A stretch of DNA of 62,239 nucleotides, counting the filler, from Basidiobolus ranarum (taxonomy: Eukaryota): the NCBI GenBank assembly GCA_040143965.1. It is 33 parts of 33 records of this genome, joined end to end, with 100 filler letters (N's around TTAATTAATTAA, not from the genome) between each part and the next. Parts side by side here need not be neighbours in the genome. Positions count along the whole stretch, not along the records: positions 24,617 to 26,407 come from JASJQH010004325.1; positions 26,508 to 28,297 come from JASJQH010004326.1; positions 28,398 to 30,186 come from JASJQH010004327.1; positions 30,287 to 32,075 come from JASJQH010004328.1; positions 32,176 to 33,964 come from JASJQH010004329.1; positions 34,065 to 35,852 come from JASJQH010004330.1; positions 35,953 to 37,740 come from JASJQH010004331.1; 26 more parts are not named here. The stretch is one strand, 5' to 3'. The translations under genes and the position numbers were made by a program. Of this stretch, positions 24,995 through 37,055 are shown piece after piece (the first letter of the stretch is position 1; each line of letters begins with the position of its first letter). The notes beneath the pieces are model-generated. The model had not been told where the DNA came from. It saw nothing but the letters and a program-made list of their open reading frames with translations, and did not search any database.

Positions 24995-26407
24995 ATCTAA
25001 TGGGGTTCAGATGGGTGAATATTTTATCAAAGCAAATATCATCATATGTATTAGTGACACTGCAGCCATCAGTCAACTTAGAGGTTTTTGTGGGTACAAT
25101 GCACTATCTTACTGTAGATTTTGTCAAATCAATGGAGTTTACTCAATCAGGCATGCACATTACTACTATCCAAATACAAAACTAAACTCCATGTTTTTAC
25201 CATCAAGAGCCTGGTCAAATTTTGACAAGATCACTGATATCAAATCACCAAATAGTCAGTATAACATCAAACTTGATATTAGCCATAAGCCTAAGATTAG
25301 ATTGCTAAAGAGGATCAGCTAGAGCCAGAGCTTCCCATTAGGTACCATGCACTTACTATTCAACAACATTCCAACACTACTTACTCAGCTATATAGGGGA
25401 AAAGTTAACATAAATGAGCCATTTGAGATTGGATCAAAGTTTGAATCAATTGGGAAATGCTTGAAAGCATCAAGATACGATCATATTTTACTAGGACTCC
25501 CATCAATATCCACTCATCTTGGTGTTTATTCAAGTGCACAGACTGGAAGTATTGGATTTATATATATTCAAGTGGAATTTTGAAAAGATTTCTGCCTGAT
25601 AATTATTGGCAACATTTGAAGTTGTTTGTCAATATTGTTAATATATTTTTGTGCCATCAACTCACATTGGCAGATCTCAGGCAGATATAGCAACTGTGCA
25701 CAGATTTTGTAATAGGATATGAAGAACTTTATCACAGGTTTATAGAAGATAGATCCCAACAAAAATAAAAGTGATTTGATCCAGATTGGATCCACCCTCC
25801 AAAATAGCAAAACTGTCAGACAACCATCACAATATTGGTGGCTTGCATTCTGCCAGGGATTTTGATTGTGTGATGGTGGTTTCTTGATGGTATTTTAACA
25901 GTATTCATACAGGTTAAAATATTGATCCTCAAATTTGGCATGCATCATTTAATATTCAGCAATTTTTGCAAAAATGTAATTTTCAAATGGCAAATTACTG
26001 GGTTTACTGCTGTAGGAATTTGAAATAATATGCATGCCTTTATTCAGATATTTTAGGCTTTGTATTCCAGCCATAATGAGAATCAAAAAATACAAGAATC
26101 TTGTTGTGCTTAGTCTCTTCATATGCACATACTTTACTGATTAGACATAACTCAACAACATCAATATACTTTACCAGCAAACTAATGGTGGAAAAATTGC
26201 TAAACATCTGAAATTTTGAATAGCACAGACACTTGGCAAACAGCTGACTCTTGTTACCATTCACAATGAGAATAAGCTCTTGGATTTTGGCAAATCTCCG
26301 TAAAGAATTCAGCCAATATATCCCAGACTTGCAGTCAACAAATGTCCTGCCACAAGTAGATGTGTCATTGCTTGAATAGATTACCCCATGGCTAAAACAA
26401 TAATACT
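24995..26407. mobile_element. CACTA transposase core (+, 24995-25754) interrupted by the terminus of a second copy (-, 25755-26407)
   Basis: GF.GYNALSYCRFC, SFPLGTMHLLFNNI, RTPINI...FKCTDWKYW; CCCAACAAAAATAAAA terminus at 25755. Confidence 0.87.
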
Positions 26408-26507
26408 NNNNNNNNNNNNNNNNNNNNNNNNNNNNNNNNNNNNNNNNNNNNTTAATTAATTAANNNNNNNNNNNNNNNNNNNNNNNNNNNNNNNNNNNNN
26501 NNNNNNN

Positions 26508-28297
26508 AATAGGGTTTTGGAGTTACTTGGAATTACTTGATCTCACTTACTAATTTTGAAATAAGCATAGACTAAACACCTATCTAGTCATATATAGCTT
26601 GGTATTCAGTTATTCAATATTGAAGTCACATATCACCCATTATTTTGAACTGGAATTTACTCAAAATATTGACACCAATTTAGAAGTTCTCAGATTCATA
26701 AATTTTCAAACTTGTGCTAGAAATCTAAACTATGCACATATGTTCCTGGAACCTTCTTTAACACATTCTACATCTTTGTTTACTTACATCTTGACAAAAC
26801 TATATATGTCAACTGAATACTCAATAAATCAATAAGTGAACACCACCAATTTCTCTACATCTTTAAGCCACCTCTAACAGGCTCCCAAAATACCTTAATA
26901 ACCTCTGAGCCCAAAGCTTGTGTCAAACTTGGTGACAATATTCTAAGTAAATTCCAATTGAGAACCATGGGTGATATCTTAGTTAAATAAAAGATAACTA
27001 CATACTAAGCTATATATGTCTATATAAGTGTTTAGACAATGCTGATTTCAACACTTTCCTCAACTAAATCATCATACAAACTAATCCCAATGAAGGGCTA
27101 AGTCTCCCAAATTTCTGTCCAGCTATATCATATAAATCAGCAATCAAGTTTTCTGTAGCACAAAAAGCCAAGTTAATAAGCTCTTCTTTATAGTCTCTCT
27201 GATAAAATAGTGTCTAATGTCTATATGATTGCTTTTTGTATAACATGGGAGATTTCTGCTAATTGGACACAACTTTGATTATCTTCAAGTAAAGTAGTTG
27301 GTGAATTTAGAGAATAATCTAAATCTATTAAGAGTTTTCCTAATTATATTGCTTCTTTTGTTGCTTCACAAGCACCTATATATTTTGCCTCTATTGTTGA
27401 AAGTGCTATGGTAAGTTGTAACCATGAATATGCAGAAATAGCTGAAATCAGCATTGACTAAACCCCTATGTAGCCATATATTACTGAAATTAGCATTGCC
27501 TTGACACCAAAATAGTCAGATATAGCTTAGTACTTTGTTATCTTATATTTCACCATGATAGTACTCATTATTCTCAATTGGAATTTACTTAGAATATCTT
27601 TACCAACTTGGAGGTTCTTGGACATATAGATCTTGCAAACTTGTGCTTTAAGCCTCAAACATTGCACACAGGTTCCTGGGACATTCCATAGTATATTGTA
27701 CATGTTAGTCTGCTTACATCTTCAAAAAACTATAAATGTTAACTCTCTGCTCAATTAATTGATAAGTGAAAACCACAATTTGACAAAAGAATGAATGTCA
27801 GCTCTGAAATCAATATATCAACAAGTAAGAACTGTTGAGATTAGCATTACCTAAACACATATATAGTCATATATAGCTTAGTACTTAGTTATCTTATAAT
27901 TCACTAAGATATTAACCATTATTCTCATAAGGAATTGACTTGGAACATTTTTACCAACTTAGAAGTTCTCAGATATATAGATTTTTCAAACTTGTGCCAG
28001 AAGCCCCAAGCTTTGCACACATGTTCCTGGGACCTTCCTTAACACATTCAGCATGTTAATTTGCTTACATCTTGACAAAGTATAAATGTCAACTTTCCAC
28101 TCAATGAATCCACAAGTGAAAACCACCAATTGCTCTAATTCTCCAAACCACTTCCAACAGGCTCCCAGACACTTTAACAGGTTATGAGTGTTGAAATTAG
28201 CATTGCCTAAACACCTATATAGTCATATATAGCTTAGTACTTAGTTATCTTATAATTCACTAAGATATTATCAATTATTCTCAATCGGAATTTACTT
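26508..28297. repeat. Pile-up of copia family B LTRs with an RNase H remnant; full LTR 27833-28179, PBS GGTTATGAG 28180-28188, new LTR from 28189
   Basis: Repeated TGTTGAAATTAGCATTGCCTAAACAC starts in both orientations; minus-strand PPT beside 27053. Confidence 0.85.
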
Positions 28298-28397
28298 NNN
28301 NNNNNNNNNNNNNNNNNNNNNNNNNNNNNNNNNNNNNNNNNTTAATTAATTAANNNNNNNNNNNNNNNNNNNNNNNNNNNNNNNNNNNNNNNNNNNN

Positions 28398-30186
28398 CTC
28401 TATTTTGCTGTGGAGTATATCGTACAGTAGTTTGCTGCATAATTCCATGTTTAAAACCAAACTAGCAAATCTTTTGAGCAGTATTCTCCAATATTATCAC
28501 TCCTAAGTTCCACATTCTTTACTCTCATTCCTCCACTACCATTGCTTTGTAGTTTGTGAGCATGGCTAAGGCTATAGATTTTGATATGGGAATGAATACC
28601 CAAGCATATGTGAGCTGGAAGTAGGAAATATGCTATGCAGTGTAAGATCCTTAGATGATACACACTTGCATTGATCTGTATAGGACTTCAAATGGAGTAG
28701 AATTTTGTAGCAATCTTGTTAGGCATCTGTTTTTGAAATAGACCACAGTGGAGACAGATTTACACCAATATTGGTAATCTCACATTTGATTGTGTAGCAA
28801 TGGTCTTGCCATCTCCAATATGGTCATAATAGCACTTTCTGCAACTCCATTTTGCTGTGAAATATAAGGTACAGTAGTTTGTAGCTAAATACCATATTTG
28901 GAACAAAAACTACCAAAGTTTTTAAAGAAGTATCCTCAACCATTAGCACTACTTAGCACCCTTATCATTTATGCTGATTCTTTCTGTACCATTGTTTTGT
29001 AGCGCTTGTACATAGCTAAGGCCTCAGATTTTGATATGAGAAAGCCTTCCCAAGTACCTCTTGTTTTATCATCAATAGAGGTCACAAAGTAACTTTTGCC
29101 ACCTAGTGAGCCATTCTCCATGGGCCCTCATAGGTCAAAATGAATCATGGCAATGTTCTGAGTGGATTTATTCTGTCCAGAATTTGAAAATGGCTAACTG
29201 AAGTGTTTACATATATGTGATCTTCACACAGATCCAATTTGTTGATAATTTCAATTAATAAGCCCAAAACAAGCTGATTGTGGATAATTTGGGTCAGTTT
29301 TTGCTCCCTAATGTGGCTTAATTGTAAATGCAATATTTGGCAACTTATTTCACCAGTTTTGGCCAAGTTTGCATGCTCAGAATTCAACTTGGTGCTTTCT
29401 AGCTTGAACAAGTTTTGAGTTTCATCCCAATGGCTACTTTGGTCTTATTCTGACCTATGATAGTGCATCCAGCCTTGCTGAACATGAAACTTAGTCCTTT
29501 AGTTGTTGCTTGGCTAGCTGAGCATGAATTGTCGGCTATATTTGGTACATATAGTACATCATCCAATTTTGCAGATGTTGTAGCTGAATCTTGGTCTGAA
29601 TCAAGCACAACTGTGCCCTTACCAATTACATCTAGTGCTTATTTGTGACCTAAGTAGACTTCCCTTGTTTGCATGGGTTTTAAGCTGGTAAACCAATCTT
29701 TGTTGTTTGATATATGCTGAGAAGCTCCTAAATCAATGTACTAAGTTTGTGAGTCTTTTTTGATGGTTACTGATAGGGCAAACACAAATATATGATCCCT
29801 ATAAATTCTTACTTGATTTGCTTGTTCTCATTTTAGCTTTTGGGCAAAAATCCTTTTTCTGCAATTTTTGATTAAATGGCCTGGTTTCTTGCAATATTTA
29901 CAGATGGGTGAATTCCTATTAGGAGCACCATTATTGAAGCCTGTCGGACATTCTACAGTTCCAAAAAATGCATTATCTGCTTGATTTTGCTGAGAATAAG
30001 AGCTCCTTAATACCTCATTCAAAAGCCTAGCACCAACATATTCAATTGTTAGTGGCTTTGATCTTGATTCTAGGGCAATTATGAGGTTGCCAACTTGTCA
30101 GGTAGGCTCCCCAGCATTGTAATTACTAAATCATCATCATTTAGAGATGCTCCAAATAGATGAGTGCTGTTCTGCTATAGCTTTTA
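28398..30186 (-). mobile_element. Copia gag-protease-integrase remnant with a second integrase segment
   Basis: Zinc knuckle CKYCKKPGHLIKNC, YIDLGASQHI, DVLYVPNI, LDLCEDHIY and LRSDNIGEY. Confidence 0.92.
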
Positions 30187-30286
30187 NNNNNNNNNNNNNN
30201 NNNNNNNNNNNNNNNNNNNNNNNNNNNNNNTTAATTAATTAANNNNNNNNNNNNNNNNNNNNNNNNNNNNNNNNNNNNNNNNNNNN

Positions 30287-31454
30287 AAAAAATTTGTTAT
30301 CAGTGAGTAAAGCTACATATGGCAGAGGAGTATCAGTCACTTATAGATAACCAAAATTGCACTTTGGTTAAGTTACTTGATGACCAAAAATCAATTGGAT
30401 GCAAATGGGTGTTTAAAGTTAAACAGCAAGCAGATGGATCTGTAGAAAGATGTAAAGCCAGACTTGTGGCTAAAGGATACTCTCAAATGGAGGGAGTGGA
30501 CTACAATGAAACATTTGCTCCTGTAGCAAAGTTCAATTCCATCAGAACCATACTAGCAGTAGCAGCAAATGATAGCTTAAAAATCCAGCAAATGGATGTT
30601 AAAACTGCTTTTTTGAATGGGGACTAGGAAGAGGATATATTCATGGATCAACCAGATGGTTTTGTGGATCCTGACCACCCTGAGGACGTGTGTAAGGTAC
30701 AAAAGTTACTTTATGGGCCAAAACAATCACCCAGGGCCTGGTACACTAAGATAGACACATACATGGAATCACTGGATTTCCAGCAGAGTACAGCAGATTT
30801 TAGGATCTACTTTAATACAGATAGGGACAGTAAGGTGATACTTGCCTTATATGTAGATGATCTGATTATAGCTACCAATTATGATGAAGCTCACAGGAAC
30901 ACTAAAAGAGCTCTATTAGTCCAATTCAAGATGACTGATTTAGGTGAACTTATGTATTTTTTAGGCCTGCAGATCCATACAGATCAATTGAACAAATCTA
31001 TCACTCTGAATCATTTTAAATACATCTGAGACATTCTCAGATGCTACAGGATGGAGAATTGTAAGCCAGTAGCAACTCCCATGGATCCAGGTGTTAATAT
31101 AGTCAAAATCCGATCAACAATGATGAAAATTGGCCAAATATGGCTCAAAATATGTCATTTGCAAGCCTTGAGTTCCCTTATCAATCTATGGTAGGTAGTT
31201 CAATCTATGCTATGACTGGAACCTGGCCCAATAGCTCCTTTGCAGTGGGAGTAGTCAGCCAACATGTGCAAACCCAAGATCTGGGCATTATGCAGTAGTT
31301 AAGTGGATCTTCAGATACTTGAAGAGGACAATAGATCTGGGATTAAGATACACATATTCTTATGGGAAAAGGATCTAATTGCGCTTAATGATGCAGATTG
31401 GGGATGTGATATTGAGGACAGAAGATCTATCACTGGATATATCTTTCTCTATAG
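30287..31454 (+). mobile_element. Copia reverse transcriptase remnant
   Basis: [10 protein letters not shown]...[30 protein letters not shown] and DADWG. Confidence 0.95.
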
Positions 31455-32075
31455 CCCTAACAGAAATTTGATGATTGTTATTGTAGGAAAACCATCACAA
31501 TTTTAATACATTTGGAATTGACCATTTACTTACAATTATAAAATCATCAAGTTAGATTTGATTTTAATCAATTTTTTCAGTTTCAGGAGTGAAATTTCAA
31601 GATCTTGCAAAATAGTTATGCATAATTGGCTAGAACCTCAGAGAACTATAGATCAACACATGTGTAAAAAATATAACTCAAATTTTACGCAATTACCACT
31701 TGAATGCTAATTTGTCACCTTTCCATTCACTAGTCTCTTTGATATATTCTCCTCAATATTTTGATAGAGTTCTTCATACCCAAGGTTTTGCTCATACCCA
31801 ACACAAGTTTGTATCAATATCTCCATCAAAGCACACCATTGAACTAACGTTGCTGATTCAACATTCTTCCAGCTATCTGGCGGATACCCTGCAATATTGT
31901 GCACTCTGTGTTAAGTTCCTCCCAGATATCTGCATGGTTAACACCAGACTGAATGTCAAGTTGAATGTTCTTCTTCTGAAGCCACTTTCTGCATATTTGC
32001 ACTTCATTTTTCCCTTCATACTTTTGAAATTACTCTACAAGCACTTTGACTATTTTTGTACATCCTTGTATTGCA
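31455..32075 (-). mobile_element. CACTA-like ORF2-side terminus and ORF2 C-terminus inserted in copia
   Basis: CCCTAACAGAAATTTG start; HNIAGYPPDSWKNV...LGYEELY. Confidence 0.82.
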
Positions 32076-32175
32076 NNNNNNNNNNNNNNNNNNNNNNNNN
32101 NNNNNNNNNNNNNNNNNNNTTAATTAATTAANNNNNNNNNNNNNNNNNNNNNNNNNNNNNNNNNNNNNNNNNNNN

Positions 32176-32241
32176 CATAGTGTAGTTATTACATGGGCAT
32201 AGTGTAGTTATTACATGGGCATAGTGTAGTTATTACATGGG
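32176..32241. repeat. Tandem repeat, 22-bp unit x3 (CATAGTGTAGTTATTACATGGG), open at contig start
   Basis: Three perfect units. Confidence 0.92.
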
Positions 32242-33047
32242 TTTTGTTCAGTATAGACGTTGTAACTTCTTATATAACATGTAAATGTAGCTTTTAATTG
32301 CACTACTTCGCTCTATATCTGTAGTAAAAGTACTTCAATCCCTGGAATTCTACGCTTATTACAATAAAGGTTACCTCCTCTTATATCTATCATTGAGGAT
32401 AACTATATTCCCAAACTTATTAACCAACTTAGTCAAGCCTGGATTCAAGACTAGAGCAAATAGTTCATGTTATTGATTTACGAGTCTAGGCTTTGTTTTT
32501 ACTTTAAATACTGGATGCTAATTGTATCTGGCAGAGTTTTCTTGATTTGAAATAGCTTCCTTAAACTCGTCTTGTCAGCATTGTACTACAATGTGCGGCT
32601 ATGGTGCTCCGAGTTCTGGGTACTTATCCAATTCGTTGATTCCGAATTAATATCAGACTTTGGCTTAGATCTTATACTAATCATTGTATTTTTCAATAAT
32701 TTAGTTAAGCAGAGCTAATATGTTTCATTAACTTTGGTTTTTAGTATGTACTTCACACTTTGACTTCGACCTACTCTCCAGACGTTTATTGAGGGATCAT
32801 TATATCGGAGATATCTAGATGATAGCAGGATACAGTCATTCGTTACTAGGTTAAGTTATTCTATAAATTTCAACATATTGCTGATCATTTTATTTCACGG
32901 AAGCTAGGTATCGTGCGGAGTTAGTCGATGGAGATTAATGATATGAATTCATATGTGATACACTTCGGATATATGACTTGGATAAATTTTTATTTAAAAC
33001 CAAAATATCGATGAATTAACATGTCAGCATTGTATTTGCATTGGCAT

Positions 33048-33956
33048 TTAACAAGCCCCCATATCCACCCAAACTCCCTTATTTTTAGGGGATTCATCCT
33101 GGGTCCACCATTTGGCTTTCCAAAGGTGACCATTGAAGGTACTCTTTTGAGAGCTATTGTATGTAGCTTTGGAGCTCCAGGCTTTGATTCCATCACACAA
33201 ACCAGTTGTGGGACGCTTTGTAGAGGTAGGTTTAGTGGAAACAGTTTTGCTGGAAGTAGTGACCGGGGTAGTAGCAGGAGTGGGCACAGAGGGGGTTGGT
33301 ACAGGTTTAGAGCCATTGTCATTACCATTACCCTGAGCACCAACTGAGATCATAGGGCGTTTTTCAAGTAGCTCATGACCATCCCCTTCACCAATATACA
33401 TTTCAGGGATGGTTGGATGCCCTGGAAGATTTGCAATCAAAAGTTTTGGGCCAGTAACAGTGCCACCAGGAGTACCACCGTTAATCGTAATATCTATACA
33501 ATTCATGTAATACTCTCGATTTCCTTCAGCATTGATCCAAGTCCAAGCTAGAGTAGCCCTCTTACTTGGTGGTGCGGTAGCAGGAATAGGAACATCAAAT
33601 TTCAGTCCTTTCATGAAACAATCACGTACAATAGTCTTCAAGACCACGAAAGTTTTATCATTATCATAAGAAAGGGCGAATTGACAATGTCCACCGCGGT
33701 GAGTATTTCCTGGTGCAAATTCAATTGGAACACTATCTCCTGCGTTATAGGTGTGTTCAACTGGACCAGCCTTGTAACCTTTACAGGGGAAAGCTCCCAA
33801 TGGACCGTTCATGTCGTAATCAATCTTTCCAATGGACCTGTAGTACTTGCTAAAGGTAGACCTACGAGGAGCAGGGGATTTGATTTCCATGTGACCAGAC
33901 ACGGAACCTAAAAGGGCGCAGAGAGACGCAGCGATCAAGCAAGGTACACTTCTCAT
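33048..33956 (-). CDS. Secreted AA11-family lytic polysaccharide monooxygenase with Pro/Thr linker and C-terminal CBM5/12 (ChtBD3-like) chitin-binding domain
   Basis: 21-aa signal peptide then His22; FPCKG; second His in THRGGHCQFALSYD; AWTWINAEGNREYYMNC; P/T linker; AW...Y...LWKAKWWTQ.E.P...VW. Intact, intronless, 302 aa. Confidence 0.92.
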   Translation of the reverse strand: MRSVPCLIAASLCALLGSVSGHMEIKSPAPRRSTFSKYYRSIGKIDYDMNGPLGAFPCKGYKAGPVEHTYNAGDSVPIEFAPGNTHRGGHCQFALSYDNDKTFVVLKTIVRDCFMKGLKFDVPIPATAPPSKRATLAWTWINAEGNREYYMNCIDITINGGTPGGTVTGPKLLIANLPGHPTIPEMYIGEGDGHELLEKRPMISVGAQGNGNDNGSKPVPTPSVPTPATTPVTTSSKTVSTKPTSTKRPTTGLCDGIKAWSSKATYNSSQKSTFNGHLWKAKWWTQDESPKNKGVWVDMGAC

Positions 33957-34064
33957 TTTCTATTNNNNNNNNNNNNNNNNNNNNNNNNNNNNNNNNNNNN
34001 NNNNNNNNTTAATTAATTAANNNNNNNNNNNNNNNNNNNNNNNNNNNNNNNNNNNNNNNNNNNN

Positions 34065-34373
34065 AAGACTCTTTGCTTCATAACACTCTTCCAATATAGT
34101 CCAAGCTTGATGGGAAGTCTTTGCATGTTGAATATTCACAAGTTGTGAATCCTTCAAACTTTGACAAATGACATTCAAGGTCTTGTTGTCTCTTTTCTTG
34201 TAAGCTTCCAATAAAGAACAGTCAGAAGGTTCCTTTTCATCTCCACAGACTACATCCCAAAGCTCCCTATCTTCAAGCATGATTTGTATCTTGAACTTCC
34301 AGAAATTGTAATTTGCTCCATCAAGCTTTTCAACACTTGAGTAAATGAAAGTGGTAGTAGTGGTTTCTGTCAT
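34065..34373 (-). CDS. Copia gag N-terminus (family A), open to contig edge
   Basis: VEKLDGANYNFWKFKIQIMLEDRELWDVVCG...HAKTSHQAWTILE; ATG 20 nt after the PBS. Confidence 0.9.
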
Positions 34374-34393
34374 GCTGTAGAGGTTAGAAAATG

Positions 34394-34405
34394 GGGCTCA
34401 TAACC
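34394..34405 (-). promoter_or_regulatory. Primer-binding site GGTTATGAGCCC (tRNA-iMet anticodon-arm, half-tRNA type)
   Basis: Directly follows the LTR end; complementary to GGGCUCAUAACC of fungal initiator tRNA-Met, as in Ty5/copia-type elements. Confidence 0.88.
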
Positions 34406-34783
34406 TATTAGGAAATTATGGGCTGTTTGGAGAAACTTTAGAAAAGTGGTGTTTTGAATAACTTTGTGAGATAAATATTGATTGTCCAGAAATAAATCAT
34501 TTATAGATTTTGGTTGAAATACAGAAAACTAACACTGGGGTTGTGTTCAGAACATCTATGGGAGTAAAATAAGCTATATTTGGGGCAATTTGGATGAGCT
34601 TGAAATTTCCAATATGGAATTGCTAATTCTCACAATATTCACATATGTATATAATATATGCTCTGATTTGCAGTTGAGTGATATTTGACTAAGTAATCTT
34701 AACTAACTCATATGTGATATATGAAATAAATAGGTTTATATAGATAGCTATAACAAATATCATAAATACAGTAAACTTCAACA
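34406..34783 (-). repeat. Complete copia family A 5' LTR (378 bp, TGTTG...AATA)
   Basis: Bounded by the PBS and gag. A degenerate opposite-orientation copy follows at ~34810-35094. Confidence 0.9.
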
Positions 34784-35952
34784 TGACACACTCAAGATAG
34801 TAAATATTATTGAGTCAAAAATCACTTAGCTGAAAATTGAAACATATATTTTATATATATATGCATTATCTGAGAAATAGCATCTTATACAGAAAGCTTT
34901 AAGCTCATGAAAATTGCCCCAAAGATAGCTCATTTTACTCCTACAGATGTTCTGACCACAGCTCTAGTGCTAGTTTTCTGTATTTCTACCAAAAAGTATC
35001 AATGCTTGATATCTGGTCAATAAATTAGTATCTCACAAGTTAAATACAACCCCTTCTTCTAAGGTTTCTCCAAGAAGCCTATATTTTCTCAATAAAATAT
35101 ATGCTAAATTTGGATATTGAAACAGAAATAGTAGGAATGGTAATTATATGTTCCAGGAGTGGAAATTGTCAAACCTGCCAGTGAGTAACATTTTGCTCCA
35201 CCACACCATACACTGATGCAATTAACAACTTAATAGCAAAATCAGTGGTGGATGAAATGCAACGGTGTTAGGAAAATCCTGACAGTACTAACCATCCAAT
35301 ATAGGGCTCATTTCAGCATGTTTGTAGCTTTTTTCATTGTTTGAGTACATTAGCAGCAGTGAAGCTAAACCCATGGACTGTTAGTAGGTATATCTCTAAT
35401 GGAACTATTTCATTTTTACCATATATAGTTGGCAATCTTAGGAACAATGCAGGAGAGACTTCTTGGTGTAATAAATTTGTTAGTTCTAAGTTGTGGATAT
35501 TGTTGTGCACCAACATACAAAGTTGTTTAAGCTATGCCATACATATACAACTTGCAACAATATCTGCTTAGTTTATCATCATCACTATCTAGTAGCCTGA
35601 CCTTGTCTAGTGACTCTATTATGTGACTTATCACACAACTAACTATCCATTCTCTTATCCCTTCTATCAGAGCTTATGACCAATCACATGATCATTATCC
35701 AAGCAGCTATAACCTTTGAGTCATCTGCCCAGACACAAGTCAATAGGATTCACAAGATCCATATCCAATGATCTGTCACAGCCCAGACTTCAGCTGAAGC
35801 AGGACTCACATATTTATCTATCTATCTTTCCAATCACATTGTCTTTATTAAANNNNNNNNNNNNNNNNNNNNNNNNNNNNNNNNNNNNNNNNNNNNTTAA
35901 TTAATTAANNNNNNNNNNNNNNNNNNNNNNNNNNNNNNNNNNNNNNNNNNNN

Positions 35953-37055
35953 AGATATCTGCGTGGTCAACACCAGACTGAATGTCAAGTTGAATGTTCT
36001 TCTTCTGAAGCCACTTTCTGCATACTTGCACTGCATTTTGCCCTTATACTTTTTAAAATACTCCTTAAGCACTTTGACTTTTTCTGTATGTCCCTGTGGT
36101 GTGAAACTACTGAGGGTGCTTTGCAGTGTTTGTGTGGCTTTTTGCTTGCCTTTATCTTTAGGGCTAATTTCAACACTTTGAAAAGTACCAGTTGAGGCTG
36201 GAGAGCCATGAGTTTTATCTGCTAGTGTTTTGACTAGTTGAGAGATGCCAGGTGTTGGATAAACTTCCAAATTTAGCACCTACCAACTGGTGTACCTGGT
36301 TAACACAGCCAAAAGTCAAGATATCATGGAGTTACCACAGTTATATGACCAGATTGATGTAGGTCAAAATGCAACTTTGGTCAAACCAGTAAGTCCAGCC
36401 AACATTGAGGACTTCCTACTAGATGCCAAACTAGGTTATTCCAATACCAATGGTAGTATATCAGATGTTGAAGAAGAAGATGATGGTCTATTTACAGACT
36501 CATTGTTATTGGCAAACATTAGTCCACTCATAACACTTACAATAAAGGAAGAGGCTTTGATTATTAAGGAGTGAACAGTTCAATCCAATCTTAGCAACCA
36601 GGTGCTCATTGTTTTTCTTACACTTTTACCACAGTCGATTGGCAACTATTGCTTGCCATAGACCTGGTACATGTGGAACACTCTTGTCAATTGTATGACT
36701 TATAATCCTTCAGTTATTGAACTATCTACATATCCAAATGGTTTTTTGGCTTTCACTGGTTATCTGAAGATCCTGAAGTCATGTACTGTTTGCATGCAAT
36801 TGGCATTCACTTAATCAGGTAAATTTTAATCATATTTGGCTTACCTACCATTGATTCCCCATTGTAAAGTTTTGATGAAATCACCCAAATATAGATCATT
36901 GATCCAATACCAAAGTACTCACCATAACACTGATTGTATTACCAATGCACCTGATAGATATCACTACCAGAATCTGAAAAGTCAAGGTTTTGTTGAGAAC
37001 ATGTATGATTGTGCATTTGCCTTGGCTCTGGATGGTTTCTCACTAAACAAATATG
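35953..37055. mobile_element. CACTA-like internal-deletion derivative (ORF2 3' part on -, fused near 36297 to transposase on +)
   Basis: Both peptides are recognisable; both start codons and the spacer are missing. Confidence 0.75.

Noticed and set aside
32990..33911. Overlapping ORFs 32990-33343, 33021-33347 and 33681-33911
   Set aside because: Alternative-frame or antisense shadows of the LPMO gene.
34390..34410. tRNA-Met gene (GGGCTCATAACC anticodon arm)
   Set aside because: Only 12 nt match and there is no cloverleaf; it is the retrotransposon PBS read on the opposite strand.
35100..35570. Possible second EnSpm transposase family (EMSPILDG) on the minus strand
   Set aside because: Downstream motifs could not be followed in a consistent frame.
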